DNA of 64,000 bases, taken from positions 256,001-320,000 of the forward strand of contig JAVZHQ010000001.1 of assembly GCA_038998335.1 (NCBI GenBank), given 5' to 3'. The translations under genes and the position numbers were made by a program. This DNA is from Candidatus Aenigmatarchaeota archaeon (GTDB lineage: Archaea > Aenigmatarchaeota > Aenigmatarchaeia > CG10238-14 > SCSR01). The notes beneath the pieces were generated by a model. The model searched no databases and was not told where the DNA came from. It was given only the letters and a program-made list of their open reading frames with translations. This document shows positions 19,319-28,326 of this stretch, piece by piece. Each line of letters opens with the position of its first letter. Position 1 is the first letter of the stretch.

Positions 19319-20238
19319 GGACACACCAGGTTCAAAACAGCCATTCTTACAGGAATTCCATAATAAACTTGATCGAAATATTTTGCTTTTTTTGTTTTGT
19401 CTATGCTTCCCTCGATTTCAACAGTTTTTGGTAAAGCGTGCAATATTACAGCATCTTCCTTAGTTTTTTCAAGGATTTGTTGGGTTATCTTAAAACTTTT
19501 TTGAATCTTTTCTGCTTCATAAACATCTTCAAACCTTTCCTTCTGAATCCTGCAAACATAAATTACATCAGCGTTTTTTATTCCTGAAATTATGTTGTCT
19601 GTTTGGATTATATCAGCGTCAAACTTTTTCAAAATTTCCATTATAAATTCTTCTGGAAATTCTAAACCGACAGGTGAAACTAAGGTTAAACTAGCTTTAA
19701 ACATAGCTAAAGCGTAAGCAAGGCTTTTCATAACTCTTCCGTGCTTTAAATCTCCAACCAAAGCAACGTTTAAACCTTCTATTCTTCCCTTCAATTTTTT
19801 GATGGTATACAAATCTAAAAGAGTTTGGGTAGGATGCTGATTTGCACCATCACCTGCGTTTATCACAGGCTTTTCTGAAATTTCTGCAGCAAGCCTTGCT
19901 GCACCTTCTTTTGGGTGGCGGATAACTATCAGATTGCAATATTTCTCTACTGTTCTAATCGTATCGATTAAGGTTTCACCTTTTGCTATGGAAGTCCCTT
20001 CAATACTTTCAAAACCTATCACGCTACCACCAAGCTTTTGCATCGCACTTGCAAAAGAAAGCCTTGTCCTTGTGCTTGGCTCAAAGAATAAGTTTGCAAG
20101 AATTTTTCCTTTCAGTAAATCTAGACAAGCTTTTTCAGCAAGCAATGATTCCATTCTTTCTGCTTCCTCAAGAATTTTTTCTATTTCTCTTTTTTCTAAA
20201 TCTCTTATCGATATGATATCCTTTCCTTTGAAATTCAT
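19315..20238 (-). CDS. pyrB: Aspartate carbamoyltransferase catalytic subunit
   Basis: FFEPSTRTRLSF, NAGDGANQHPTQ, LHALP. Confidence 0.97.
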   Translation of the reverse strand: MNFKGKDIISIRDLEKREIEKILEEAERMESLLAEKACLDLLKGKILANLFFEPSTRTRLSFASAMQKLGGSVIGFESIEGTSIAKGETLIDTIRTVEKYCNLIVIRHPKEGAARLAAEISEKPVINAGDGANQHPTQTLLDLYTIKKLKGRIEGLNVALVGDLKHGRVMKSLAYALAMFKASLTLVSPVGLEFPEEFIMEILKKFDADIIQTDNIISGIKNADVIYVCRIQKERFEDVYEAEKIQKSFKITQQILEKTKEDAVILHALPKTVEIEGSIDKTKKAKYFDQVYYGIPVRMAVLNLVCP

Positions 20239-23200
20239 ACTAACGCCCTTAAAAACCTTTCAAGTAAGTTAAAGTTCGTGATCAAAGGAATTCCAAATTC
20301 TACAGCCTTTCTTCTTAAATAATATTCTAAATCACTTTCTTCTGAAGGCACGTTTATCACTAGCTTTATTTCTTTGTTAGCTAGCAAATCTAATACCTCT
20401 TCTTTTATTTCTCTTGCGTGGAATAAATAGTTAAAGTTTTGGTAAATACTTGAAGGAACAAAAACTTGGAACCCTTTATTTTCGAGCAACCTTCCTATCT
20501 CTATTCCTAAGCTATTATTTGAGATTAATAAAACTTTGTCACCTGGCTTTGGTATACTAATACCGCTTGCCATTAAAGATTTAATAAAAGCTTCCTCAAA
20601 ACTTTGACCAAAGCAGGCTACTTCTCCTGTAGAAACCATTTCAACGCTTAGTATAGGATCTGCCTTTTCTAGACGCATAAAAGAGAACTGTGGTGACTTT
20701 ACTCCATACTTCTTAGGAACTTTTTCTCCATCAGGAATCTCTTCTCCAAAAATTGCTTTAGCAGCTAGTTCCATCAAGTTTATTCCTATTGTTTTTGAGA
20801 CAAAAGGCATGCTTCTACTTGCTCTTAAGTTGCATTCAATAACGTAAGCTTCGTTATCCTTAACAAGGAACTGAACGTTAAAAGGGCCAATAATCTTAAG
20901 TTTTCTTGCTATGTTTTTTGCATAAACCCTAATCTTTCTTTTTATTTCTTCGCTTAAACTTATAGGAGGAATTGTCATGGTAGCGTCGCCTGAATGAACT
21001 CCTGCCTGCTCGATATGCTCAATTATTGCTCCTATGAAAACGTTTTCTCCATCACTTACTCCGTCAACTTCAACCTCTTTTGCTCCTTCTATAAACTTTG
21101 AAACAACAACAGGATACTCTCTTGAAACTTTTGAAGCAAGTTTCAAGTATTCTTCCAGTTCTTCTTCATTTTTTGCAACTTTCATAGCAGAACCTGAAAG
21201 AACGTAAGAAGGTCTAATCAAAACAGGATAGCCAAAATCTTGAGCAAACTCTTTTACTTTATCTATACTTTCAGCCTTGCACCATTCTGGTTGAGGAATT
21301 CTTAATTCGTTTAGCAAAGAGCTAAACTTTGCTCTATCTTCAGCTCTATCTATGCTTTCTGCGCTTGTTCCAAGAAGTTTTACACCAAACCTTGCAAGTT
21401 TCAAAGCTAGATTATTTGGGATTTGGCCACCAACGCTTACTACTACTCCTAAAGGATTTTCCTTTTCAACTATATCCAAAACTCTTTCTAGGGTTAATTC
21501 CTCAAAGTAAAGTTTGTCCAAAACGTCAAAATCTGTAGAAACAGTTTCTGGGTTATAGTTTATCATTATAACTTCATCAACCTTATTTTTTAAAGCCCAG
21601 GCCATATTCACGCAGCACCAATCAAACTCTACGCTTGAACCAATTCTATAACAACCTGAACCAAGAACAATTGCTTTTGTTTTGTTTGGAAATTCTATAT
21701 CATCCTTTTCACCATTATAAGTTAGGTAAAGGTAATTTGTTTGAGCAGGCCATTCAGCCGCTAGCGTATCTATTTGTTTTACTACAGGCAAAATTCCAAA
21801 AGATTTTCTTTTTTCTCTAACTTCTTTTTCACTTATTCTCAAAAGTTGGGCGATTTTCTTGTCAGAAAAGCCAAGCTTTTTCATTTCTTTTAAGCTTTCT
21901 TTGTCTAAACTCTTGAAATTTCTTTCAGCTTCAACTATTTCTTTTATTTTAAACAAGAACCATTTGTCTATTCCTGTGAGCTTGTAAATTTCTTCTATTT
22001 CCATCCCTTTTTGTATAGCTTTGACTATGTAGAAAAGTCTTTGGTCTGTCGGGTTTTCTAGTTCTTTCTTTATTCTTTCTAAATCCTCTTCTAAATCTTG
22101 AGTATCAGTAAGCTCTTTTCCTATATCAAGCATTCTAACTGCTTTTTGTAAGGCTTCTTCAAACCTTCTTCCTATTGCCATCACTTCACCTACTGATTTC
22201 ATTTGAGTTCCTATTCTTCTGCTAACTTTCCTAAACTTTTGAAAATCCCATCTAGGAATTTTAACAACTATGTAATCCAAAGCAGGTTCGAAGCATGCAG
22301 TAGTAACTCCAGTAACTTTGTTTTTAAGCTCTGGTAAAGTATAACCTAGAGCAAGCTTAGCAGCTATATAAGCTATAGGGTAGCCTGTAGCCTTTGAAGC
22401 TAAGGCAGAACTTCTTGAAAGTCTTGGATTTACTTCTATAACTCTAAACTCTTCGTTTTTCGGGTTAAGAGCAAATTGAATGTTGCATTCCCCTATAATT
22501 TTTAAAGCTCTTACTACTTTGAAGCTTACGCTTCTTAGTAAATGATATTCTCTGTTTGTCAAAGTTTGGGAAGGAGCAACAACTATACTATCGCCAGTAT
22601 GAATTCCCATAGGATCAAAATTTTCCATGTTGCAAACTATTGCGCAATTATCTTCACAATCTCTCATCACTTCATACTCAACTTCCTTCCACTTTCCGAG
22701 ATATTCTTCTATTAAAACTTGTTTTATTCTGCTGTGAACTAAGCCACGAGAAACAATTTCTTTAAGCTGGTTTTCATCGTAAGCTACGCCTGTTCCCTGG
22801 CCACCAAGAGTATAAGCTACCCTTACCATTACAGGATAGCCTATTTTATTAGTAACTTCTACAGCTTCTTCTATACTATTTGCTTTCCCACTTCTTGGAA
22901 CAGGAATTTTATTTTCATTTAAAATTCTTCTAAATTTTTCTCTGTTGCTCGCATTTTCTATTGCTTCTACACTAGTTCCCAAAACTCTTACGTTATACTT
23001 TTCATAAACCCCTCTTTCAAAAAGTTCAACTCCGCAATTCAAAGCAGTTTGACCACCAAAAGTTAAAAGAATTCCATCTGGCCTTTCTTCTTCTATCACT
23101 TTTTCGACAAAATCTGGAGTAATCGGCAAGAAATAAACTTTATCCACAAACTTCTCATCAGTTTGAATTGTTGCAACATTTGGATTAACAAGAATTACTT

Positions 23201-23327
23201 TTATCCCTTCTTCTTTTAAGGCTTTTATTGCTTGCGCTCCCGAATAATCAAACTCTCCAGCTTCACCTATTTTTATAGCTCCTGAACCAAGGATTAAAAC
23301 TTTATTTATTCCTTTTAGCCTTGGCAT
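20235..23327 (-). CDS. carB: Carbamoyl-phosphate synthase large subunit
   Basis: GSGAIKIGEAGEFDYSG, two ATP-grasp units, GSSVEFDWC. Confidence 0.97.
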   Translation of the reverse strand: MPRLKGINKVLILGSGAIKIGEAGEFDYSGAQAIKALKEEGIKVILVNPNVATIQTDEKFVDKVYFLPITPDFVEKVIEEERPDGILLTFGGQTALNCGVELFERGVYEKYNVRVLGTSVEAIENASNREKFRRILNENKIPVPRSGKANSIEEAVEVTNKIGYPVMVRVAYTLGGQGTGVAYDENQLKEIVSRGLVHSRIKQVLIEEYLGKWKEVEYEVMRDCEDNCAIVCNMENFDPMGIHTGDSIVVAPSQTLTNREYHLLRSVSFKVVRALKIIGECNIQFALNPKNEEFRVIEVNPRLSRSSALASKATGYPIAYIAAKLALGYTLPELKNKVTGVTTACFEPALDYIVVKIPRWDFQKFRKVSRRIGTQMKSVGEVMAIGRRFEEALQKAVRMLDIGKELTDTQDLEEDLERIKKELENPTDQRLFYIVKAIQKGMEIEEIYKLTGIDKWFLFKIKEIVEAERNFKSLDKESLKEMKKLGFSDKKIAQLLRISEKEVREKRKSFGILPVVKQIDTLAAEWPAQTNYLYLTYNGEKDDIEFPNKTKAIVLGSGCYRIGSSVEFDWCCVNMAWALKNKVDEVIMINYNPETVSTDFDVLDKLYFEELTLERVLDIVEKENPLGVVVSVGGQIPNNLALKLARFGVKLLGTSAESIDRAEDRAKFSSLLNELRIPQPEWCKAESIDKVKEFAQDFGYPVLIRPSYVLSGSAMKVAKNEEELEEYLKLASKVSREYPVVVSKFIEGAKEVEVDGVSDGENVFIGAIIEHIEQAGVHSGDATMTIPPISLSEEIKRKIRVYAKNIARKLKIIGPFNVQFLVKDNEAYVIECNLRASRSMPFVSKTIGINLMELAAKAIFGEEIPDGEKVPKKYGVKSPQFSFMRLEKADPILSVEMVSTGEVACFGQSFEEAFIKSLMASGISIPKPGDKVLLISNNSLGIEIGRLLENKGFQVFVPSSIYQNFNYLFHAREIKEEVLDLLANKEIKLVINVPSEESDLEYYLRRKAVEFGIPLITNFNLLERFLRALV

Positions 23328-24427
23328 TTTTCCACCTCTTTTAAGAACAAGTCAAAAAGGAATTCTGTGTCTAAAGGACCAGGAGAGGCTTCTGGATGGA
23401 ATTGCACTCCAAAAATACTTTTTTTCTTGTGTTTTATTCCTTCTATTGTTTTGTCGTTAGCGTTTATGAACCAAGGCTCAAAATCGGTTTCTTTCAAAGA
23501 ATTCAACTCTATAGCATAGCCATGGTTTTGACTTGTTATGTAGCATTTTTTTGTTTTCAAATCAATTACAGGGTGGTTTTGGCCTCTGTGACCAAACTTA
23601 AGTTTGTAAGTTTTTGCACCAGAAGCTAAGGCGAGAATTTGGTTTCCAAGGCAAATTCCCATTATCGGTAACTCAGTTTCTAAGAGTTTTTTCACTGTTT
23701 CTATGGTTTCTTTAACCATTTCTGGGTTTCCTGGGCCGTTTGAAATAACTATTCCATTTGGTTCAAAGTCAAGAATTTTATCACAAGAAAAATTGTAAGG
23801 AACTCTTATCACACTAAAATTTCTTTCAAGCAGACTTCTTAAAATTCCGTATTTTGTCCCACAATCTATCAAAACAACTTTTCTTTTCCCAGAATTATAT
23901 TCTATTGGCTTAGAAATACTAACCTCTTTAACCAAATTTCTTTTGTTTGGGTCTTCTATTTTATTCAGTTTTCCTTTTATTTCTTCTAAATCATAATCTC
24001 CAACTTTTAGAATTCCAAGCATAACTCCCTTTATTCTTAATTTTTTTGTTAGTTCACGAGTATCTATTCCTTCTATTCCTGGAATTTTTTGCTCATAAAG
24101 CCATTCTTCTAAACTTTTCTTACAAGTCCAGTGGCTTGGGTTTCTCTGAAGCTCAGAAATAACATAACCTTTAACTTTTATTCCTTCGGACTCGAAGTGC
24201 AAAGGAATCCCTTTTTCTTTTATAGAAAGGGAAGGTACTCCATAGCAACCTATAAGAACATAAGTTTGAACAAGAATTTGACCGAAATAAGAAGGATCTG
24301 TTAAAGCTTCTGGGTAGCCTACCATTCCAGTATTAAAAACAACCTCACCAGAAACTTCACAAGGATAACCAAAGCCTTTCCCTTCAAGAATTGTTCCATC
24401 TTCAAGGGCTAAAATTGCTTTAAGCAA
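23315..24427 (-). CDS. carA: Carbamoyl-phosphate synthase small subunit
   Basis: GEVVFNTGMVGY, GICLG, QFHPE. Confidence 0.97.
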   Translation of the reverse strand: MLKAILALEDGTILEGKGFGYPCEVSGEVVFNTGMVGYPEALTDPSYFGQILVQTYVLIGCYGVPSLSIKEKGIPLHFESEGIKVKGYVISELQRNPSHWTCKKSLEEWLYEQKIPGIEGIDTRELTKKLRIKGVMLGILKVGDYDLEEIKGKLNKIEDPNKRNLVKEVSISKPIEYNSGKRKVVLIDCGTKYGILRSLLERNFSVIRVPYNFSCDKILDFEPNGIVISNGPGNPEMVKETIETVKKLLETELPIMGICLGNQILALASGAKTYKLKFGHRGQNHPVIDLKTKKCYITSQNHGYAIELNSLKETDFEPWFINANDKTIEGIKHKKKSIFGVQFHPEASPGPLDTEFLFDLFLKEVEKCQG

Positions 24428-24468
24428 TGCCCACTCTTATTTTTGTTTTTTGAAGTATTTAAAATTAA

Positions 24469-25167
24469 TCAAATTATATTGTAAAGTCTTAGAACGATTT
24501 GTTCCAAATCTGGTTCAAACAAGCCGTATTTTTCAAGGTTTGAGGAATAAGAAATGAAAGAATCTTCATAATCTTCAACTTTTTTTCTAAACTCTTCTAT
24601 CTTGTTTTCTTTTATCCATTTTTCAACCTTAACTTTTTCTCCTTCAAAGCAGCCTGGACAAAGCTCTATTTCCACATACTTTTTATCAACATGTAAAAAA
24701 GGGTATTTCTTACAAACCCACGGCCTAACAGGATAAATTTCGCATAAGTTTGAATTGCTCAGGAAAATGCATTTACCGTCAGGCTTTTGTTTAAGAGTTA
24801 GAATATCATCAGAAACTTCAAAGTAGTGCTTGAAGGTTTGTTTTCTATCAAGGTCGATAAAAGAGCAGATTTTTTCAAATTCTTCTGGAAGAACAGAAAC
24901 TTTTCTTTTGATACAGCAATCGCCATCTTTTATACAATTGAAGTAAAAAAATTCTTCTTTGTTCAAAATGAGGATTGGGAGAAAAAATTCTCCTGTGTAT
25001 TGCAATTTTATAAGTTTATCTCTTCCGTAAACTTTTGTTACAAGCTTACAAGCTTGTATAGCATACTTGCTTCTTGAAAAGATTGCTGGGTCATTTCGAA
25101 AAAGGCCTAATATAGAAAGAGTTCTTAGGATTTCTTCTGGTTTTATCACGACTTCAAATTTTTCCAT
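24469..25167 (-). CDS. YkgJ-family cysteine-cluster protein
   Basis: CIKDGDCC, CIFL...CEIYPVRPWVCKKYPF, CPG. Confidence 0.8.
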   Translation of the reverse strand: MEKFEVVIKPEEILRTLSILGLFRNDPAIFSRSKYAIQACKLVTKVYGRDKLIKLQYTGEFFLPILILNKEEFFYFNCIKDGDCCIKRKVSVLPEEFEKICSFIDLDRKQTFKHYFEVSDDILTLKQKPDGKCIFLSNSNLCEIYPVRPWVCKKYPFLHVDKKYVEIELCPGCFEGEKVKVEKWIKENKIEEFRKKVEDYEDSFISYSSNLEKYGLFEPDLEQIVLRLYNII

Positions 25168-25225
25168 AATGAAATTTTAGAAAAAAAGCTTTTAAGATTG
25201 TAGCAACTCAGATAACTAAGTTCAG

Positions 25226-25370
25226 CGCCGAGGCTGGGATTTGAACCCAGAAGGGGCAAAGCCCCACCAGCTTTCTCAACTCACCTCCGACTCATCATTA
25301 GTCAGAGTCAAGCCATTTTATCATTGAAAGACTCAAGGCTGGCGCGTTAGCCAGGTTCCGCCACCTCGGC
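25226..25370 (-). tRNA. tRNA-Ser(TGA) with 59-nt intron at 37/38 (intron 25273..25331)
   Basis: Acceptor GCCGAGG/CCTCGGC with G73; anticodon arm CCAGC-CT-TGA-G|A-GCTGG; long variable arm GGGGC-TTT-GCCCC; GGTTCAAATCC T-arm; no encoded CCA. Confidence 0.92.
25273..25331 (-). ncRNA. Box C/D guide RNA encoded within the tRNA-Ser intron
   Basis: C ATGATAA, 12 nt, D' CTGA, CTA, C' ATGATGA, 12 nt, D TTGA. Confidence 0.8.
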
Positions 25371-25465
25371 TTCCTCATCTTTATTCAGACCTTGAGTCTA
25401 ATTAAAATATGAGTTTTAATTTTAAAATATTAGAACTTAAAAATTAAATTTATCAAATTAATTTT

Positions 25466-25825
25466 ATGAGTGCTGCTTTACAAGCTTTAAGTATATTACT
25501 TTTGTTTCTTGGAGAAGCTTTAGCGATTTATTCTGAGATTGCTGGCGCAAACAAAGTTTTGAATGAGAATAAAATATCAAGCGAAACATTCCTTTGGTTT
25601 TTTCTTTTGATAACTATCGCAGGATTACCTTTAATAGCTGGTTATTTTTTGGGAATAATTGCTTTTAAAAACATTTGGATAGTAAGCGTAGTTTCAATAG
25701 TTTCTATTTTGATAGTAGAACCAATTTTAGCCTATTTAATTTTTAAACAATTCCCAACTTATGGAGCGTTAATTGGTTTAATTCTAGGTTCAGTTGGTTT
25801 GATTATAACCTTAGTTGTAAAGTAG
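25466..25825 (+). CDS. Small 4-TM membrane protein, DMT/SMR-like
   Basis: Four hydrophobic helices; EPILAYLIFKQ...GLILG. Confidence 0.55.
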   Translation: MSAALQALSILLLFLGEALAIYSEIAGANKVLNENKISSETFLWFFLLITIAGLPLIAGYFLGIIAFKNIWIVSVVSIVSILIVEPILAYLIFKQFPTYGALIGLILGSVGLIITLVVK

Positions 25826-25855
25826 AAAATTTTTGTAAAGTTTAAATAGGAAAAA

Positions 25856-26104
25856 TTAATCTCTTTTCTTGAAACTTTTGAGAAATTTGACGTAATTCTT
25901 TAAAAAAAGAAAATCCCCTAAAATTGTAATTCCTAGCTCTGCCCCAAGAATGTATGGATTTTGTTCAGCAGCCCTAAAATATCCGTTTGTTGCTATCTCA
26001 TAAAACAAAAGGTTTTGAAGAAAAAGAGCACCGCCTATTATGCTATAATAAGCTATGTCTAAAATCTTTTCCTTATAATTCTTCAATCTTTCTGTTTTTT
26101 TCAT
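25856..26104 (-). CDS. Small membrane protein
   Basis: ATG-started ORF with two hydrophobic segments. Confidence 0.5.
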   Translation of the reverse strand: MKKTERLKNYKEKILDIAYYSIIGGALFLQNLLFYEIATNGYFRAAEQNPYILGAELGITILGDFLFLKNYVKFLKSFKKRD

Positions 26105-26184
26105 GGGAAAAAGTTAAAAACAAAAAAATTTAAGCTTTTTTGCTTCTTGGAAATAAAAAATATCATAAAAGTTAATTTTAATTT

Positions 26185-26832
26185 ATGGATGAATTTTTGC
26201 TTAACAGGTTTTTAATTCCTTTGGTTTTAACTGCAATTTTCTTTTATTTTCAAGCTTATTGGAAAAATTTGGAAAATTTTCTCAAAAAAAGAATTAAAAA
26301 TAAAAGGAAGCTTAAAACCTTTTTGTTTTTATTAGACTGCTTAAAAGTTAAGAGGGTAAGTTTAAAAAGAATTGTTTTTGTTCCTCTAGTTTATTCTATC
26401 CTGCTTGAAGTTTTTCTTTCTTTAATTTTTCATAACCCTTTGCACGGATTTTTTGAACCGGTTTGGTTTGCAGGTTTGACCTCTGGCTTTCTTTCTCCAA
26501 TTGCTGAAGAATTTTTAACAAGAGCTGTATTTCTTGGCTTTTGTGGTTCAGGCTTGCTAGCTGTTTTAAAGTTGAGGGGAGTGAAATTTAACAGAGAAAA
26601 AGAGTATGCTTACTATTTTGTATGGCTTCTTATTTCCTCGCTTGTTTTTGTTCTTGCTCATGAAAATTTTACTCTTTTCCAGTTTATTCTTAGGTTTTCT
26701 CTTTCCATGCTTTACGGAATTCTTTACTTAGTTAACAGAAGAAATGTTTTGCCTAGCATAGTAGCTCATGCTAGTGCTAACTGGTTTATAATCTTGAAGG
26801 ATTATATACTTGGGTTTGAAAGTATTATTTAA
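26185..26832 (+). CDS. CPBP (CAAX/Rce1-like) intramembrane glutamic protease
   Basis: EEFLTR, FVLAH, HASAN. Confidence 0.85.
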   Translation: MDEFLLNRFLIPLVLTAIFFYFQAYWKNLENFLKKRIKNKRKLKTFLFLLDCLKVKRVSLKRIVFVPLVYSILLEVFLSLIFHNPLHGFFEPVWFAGLTSGFLSPIAEEFLTRAVFLGFCGSGLLAVLKLRGVKFNREKEYAYYFVWLLISSLVFVLAHENFTLFQFILRFSLSMLYGILYLVNRRNVLPSIVAHASANWFIILKDYILGFESII

Positions 26833-26842
26833 AGTAAGTTTT

Positions 26843-27127
26843 TCACTCCCTCACTATTCTTCCACTTCTTGGTACAGAAACCTGAAGCTTATCCCTAAAC
26901 TCAGTAACAAAAGCTCCTGTTATCGAAACAGTATCTCCTATGCTTACAGCTTTTATTTGCTCTCCCCACAAAGTTAAAGTTACTTGCCCAGTTTCATCTT
27001 CAATAGTAGCGTCGGCAACACTTCTTTTGCCATACCTTGTCATTACTTCACGTTTATCAGAAATGTCAATAACTTTTGCTCTTAAGCTTACGTTACTCAT
27101 TCCATTTTTTAACTCGTTTATTTTCAT
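26843..27127 (-). CDS. Single-OB-fold ssDNA-binding protein
   Basis: INELKNGMSNV, DETGQVTLTLWG. Confidence 0.85.
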   Translation of the reverse strand: MKINELKNGMSNVSLRAKVIDISDKREVMTRYGKRSVADATIEDETGQVTLTLWGEQIKAVSIGDTVSITGAFVTEFRDKLQVSVPRSGRIVRE

Positions 27128-27131
27128 TCTT

Positions 27132-27332
27132 TCACAATTTTAAATCGTGTTTAAAGTTATTAAGCTTTGCTTTTTCTAAAGGCCAGGCATCTTCTATTAG
27201 TAAATCAGGAACGTTTTCTAAAACAGGAAAAGCAAGCTCGCATTTTTTGCAAACCAAAAACATTTCCTTTTCTTCTATCTTTTCCTTGCATTTTGGACAA
27301 GCCAAAATTTCTAAAAGCTCTTTTGGAAGCAT
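27132..27332 (-). CDS. Trm112-family protein
   Basis: LLEILACPKCK...CKKC...FPV...PDLL. Confidence 0.85.
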   Translation of the reverse strand: MLPKELLEILACPKCKEKIEEKEMFLVCKKCELAFPVLENVPDLLIEDAWPLEKAKLNNFKHDLKL

Positions 27333-27366
27333 AAGGATTATTTGAAAATTTAAAAATAAAACTTTT

Positions 27367-28326
27367 TTATTTAAAGCTTGGATAAGTTCCAGGTTTCATG
27401 AAAACCTTATCAGTTTTTATTGCTATCCCTTTCTTCTTTTCAAACATTTCCTCGCTACTCAAAACAGCTTTTCCTAAGGCAACTAGCTCTTCTTTCAAAG
27501 TATAAACAGCTACTATTTCATTTTTCTCTATTCCTTCTTGAATTCTTGTTAAGCCTGAGCAGAAAACTGGCGCTCCATGACAAATTGAATCGACAGCAGA
27601 ATCTTTAACAAAAACTCTTTTTAAGTGCAAAACAGCGAACTCAACAGGAATCAAAATTTCTTTTAAAAATTTTTCATTTCCTTCTTTCCAAAATTCATAA
27701 GCATCCCTAATCTCCACTAAGGAATGAGCCTGCTCTTCAGTAAAATTTCCTGCTTTTGTCCTTCTTAGCTCAGTTAAATGAGCTCCTATTCCTAAGTTTA
27801 AGCCTAAATCGCTAACAAGCTTTCTTATATAAACTCCAGCTTGGCATCCAACTTTAAACAAAACATCCTTTCCTTCAATTTCCAAAATATCAAAAAAATA
27901 AACTCTTTTTTCTCTTGGTTTTCTTGCAACTGCACTTCTTACAGGCGGGACTTGAACTATTTTCCCAACAAACTTTTTTACTCCTTCTCTTAAAATTTCT
28001 TCATCAACTTGCTTGTGTAAGTGCATCACTCCTACGTATTCTTTATCTAAACCTAAAAGCACACTCATAGCTTTTGTTGCGTTATCTAAGGCTACAGGTA
28101 AAACTCCAGTCACACCAGGATTTCCTCAAAGCTCTAAGGTCCCAGCATGACCAGCCTTTTTTGCTTGAAATATTTCTTTTATCCACTGAGTTACTTGATG
28201 GCTTGTTGGTCCTGCATGCTTATCAACTATTATCACAGAATTTTTTATTTGCTCTTCTATGCTTCTCTGGCTAGGCCTTTTCCCATAACTTTCGTCAGTT
28301 TCTTCTTCTGCTTTAATCAGCCAGAT
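27367..28326 (-). CDS. cbf5: H/ACA pseudouridine synthase Cbf5, interrupted by a 12-nt intron (28122..28133); probable ATC start
   Basis: In-frame upstream of the tracked ORF: WLIKAEEETDESYGKRP...DKHAGPTSHQV...KAGHAGTL; removing AGCTTTGAGGAA restores GTLDPGVTGVLP; C-terminal PUA domain. Confidence 0.9.
28122..28133 (-). other. Putative pre-mRNA micro-intron (BHB/BHL type) in cbf5
   Basis: Outer helix GGGA/UCCU, central helix CCUU/GAGG, cut sites AG^A and AA^A; contains in-frame TGA. Confidence 0.85.

Noticed and set aside
28126-28128. TGA readthrough, selenocysteine or pseudogene explanation for cbf5
   Set aside because: Readthrough gives GTLELxGNP with no catalytic Asp. Exact 12-nt removal restores the Asp and fits a splice motif, and the rest of the gene is intact.
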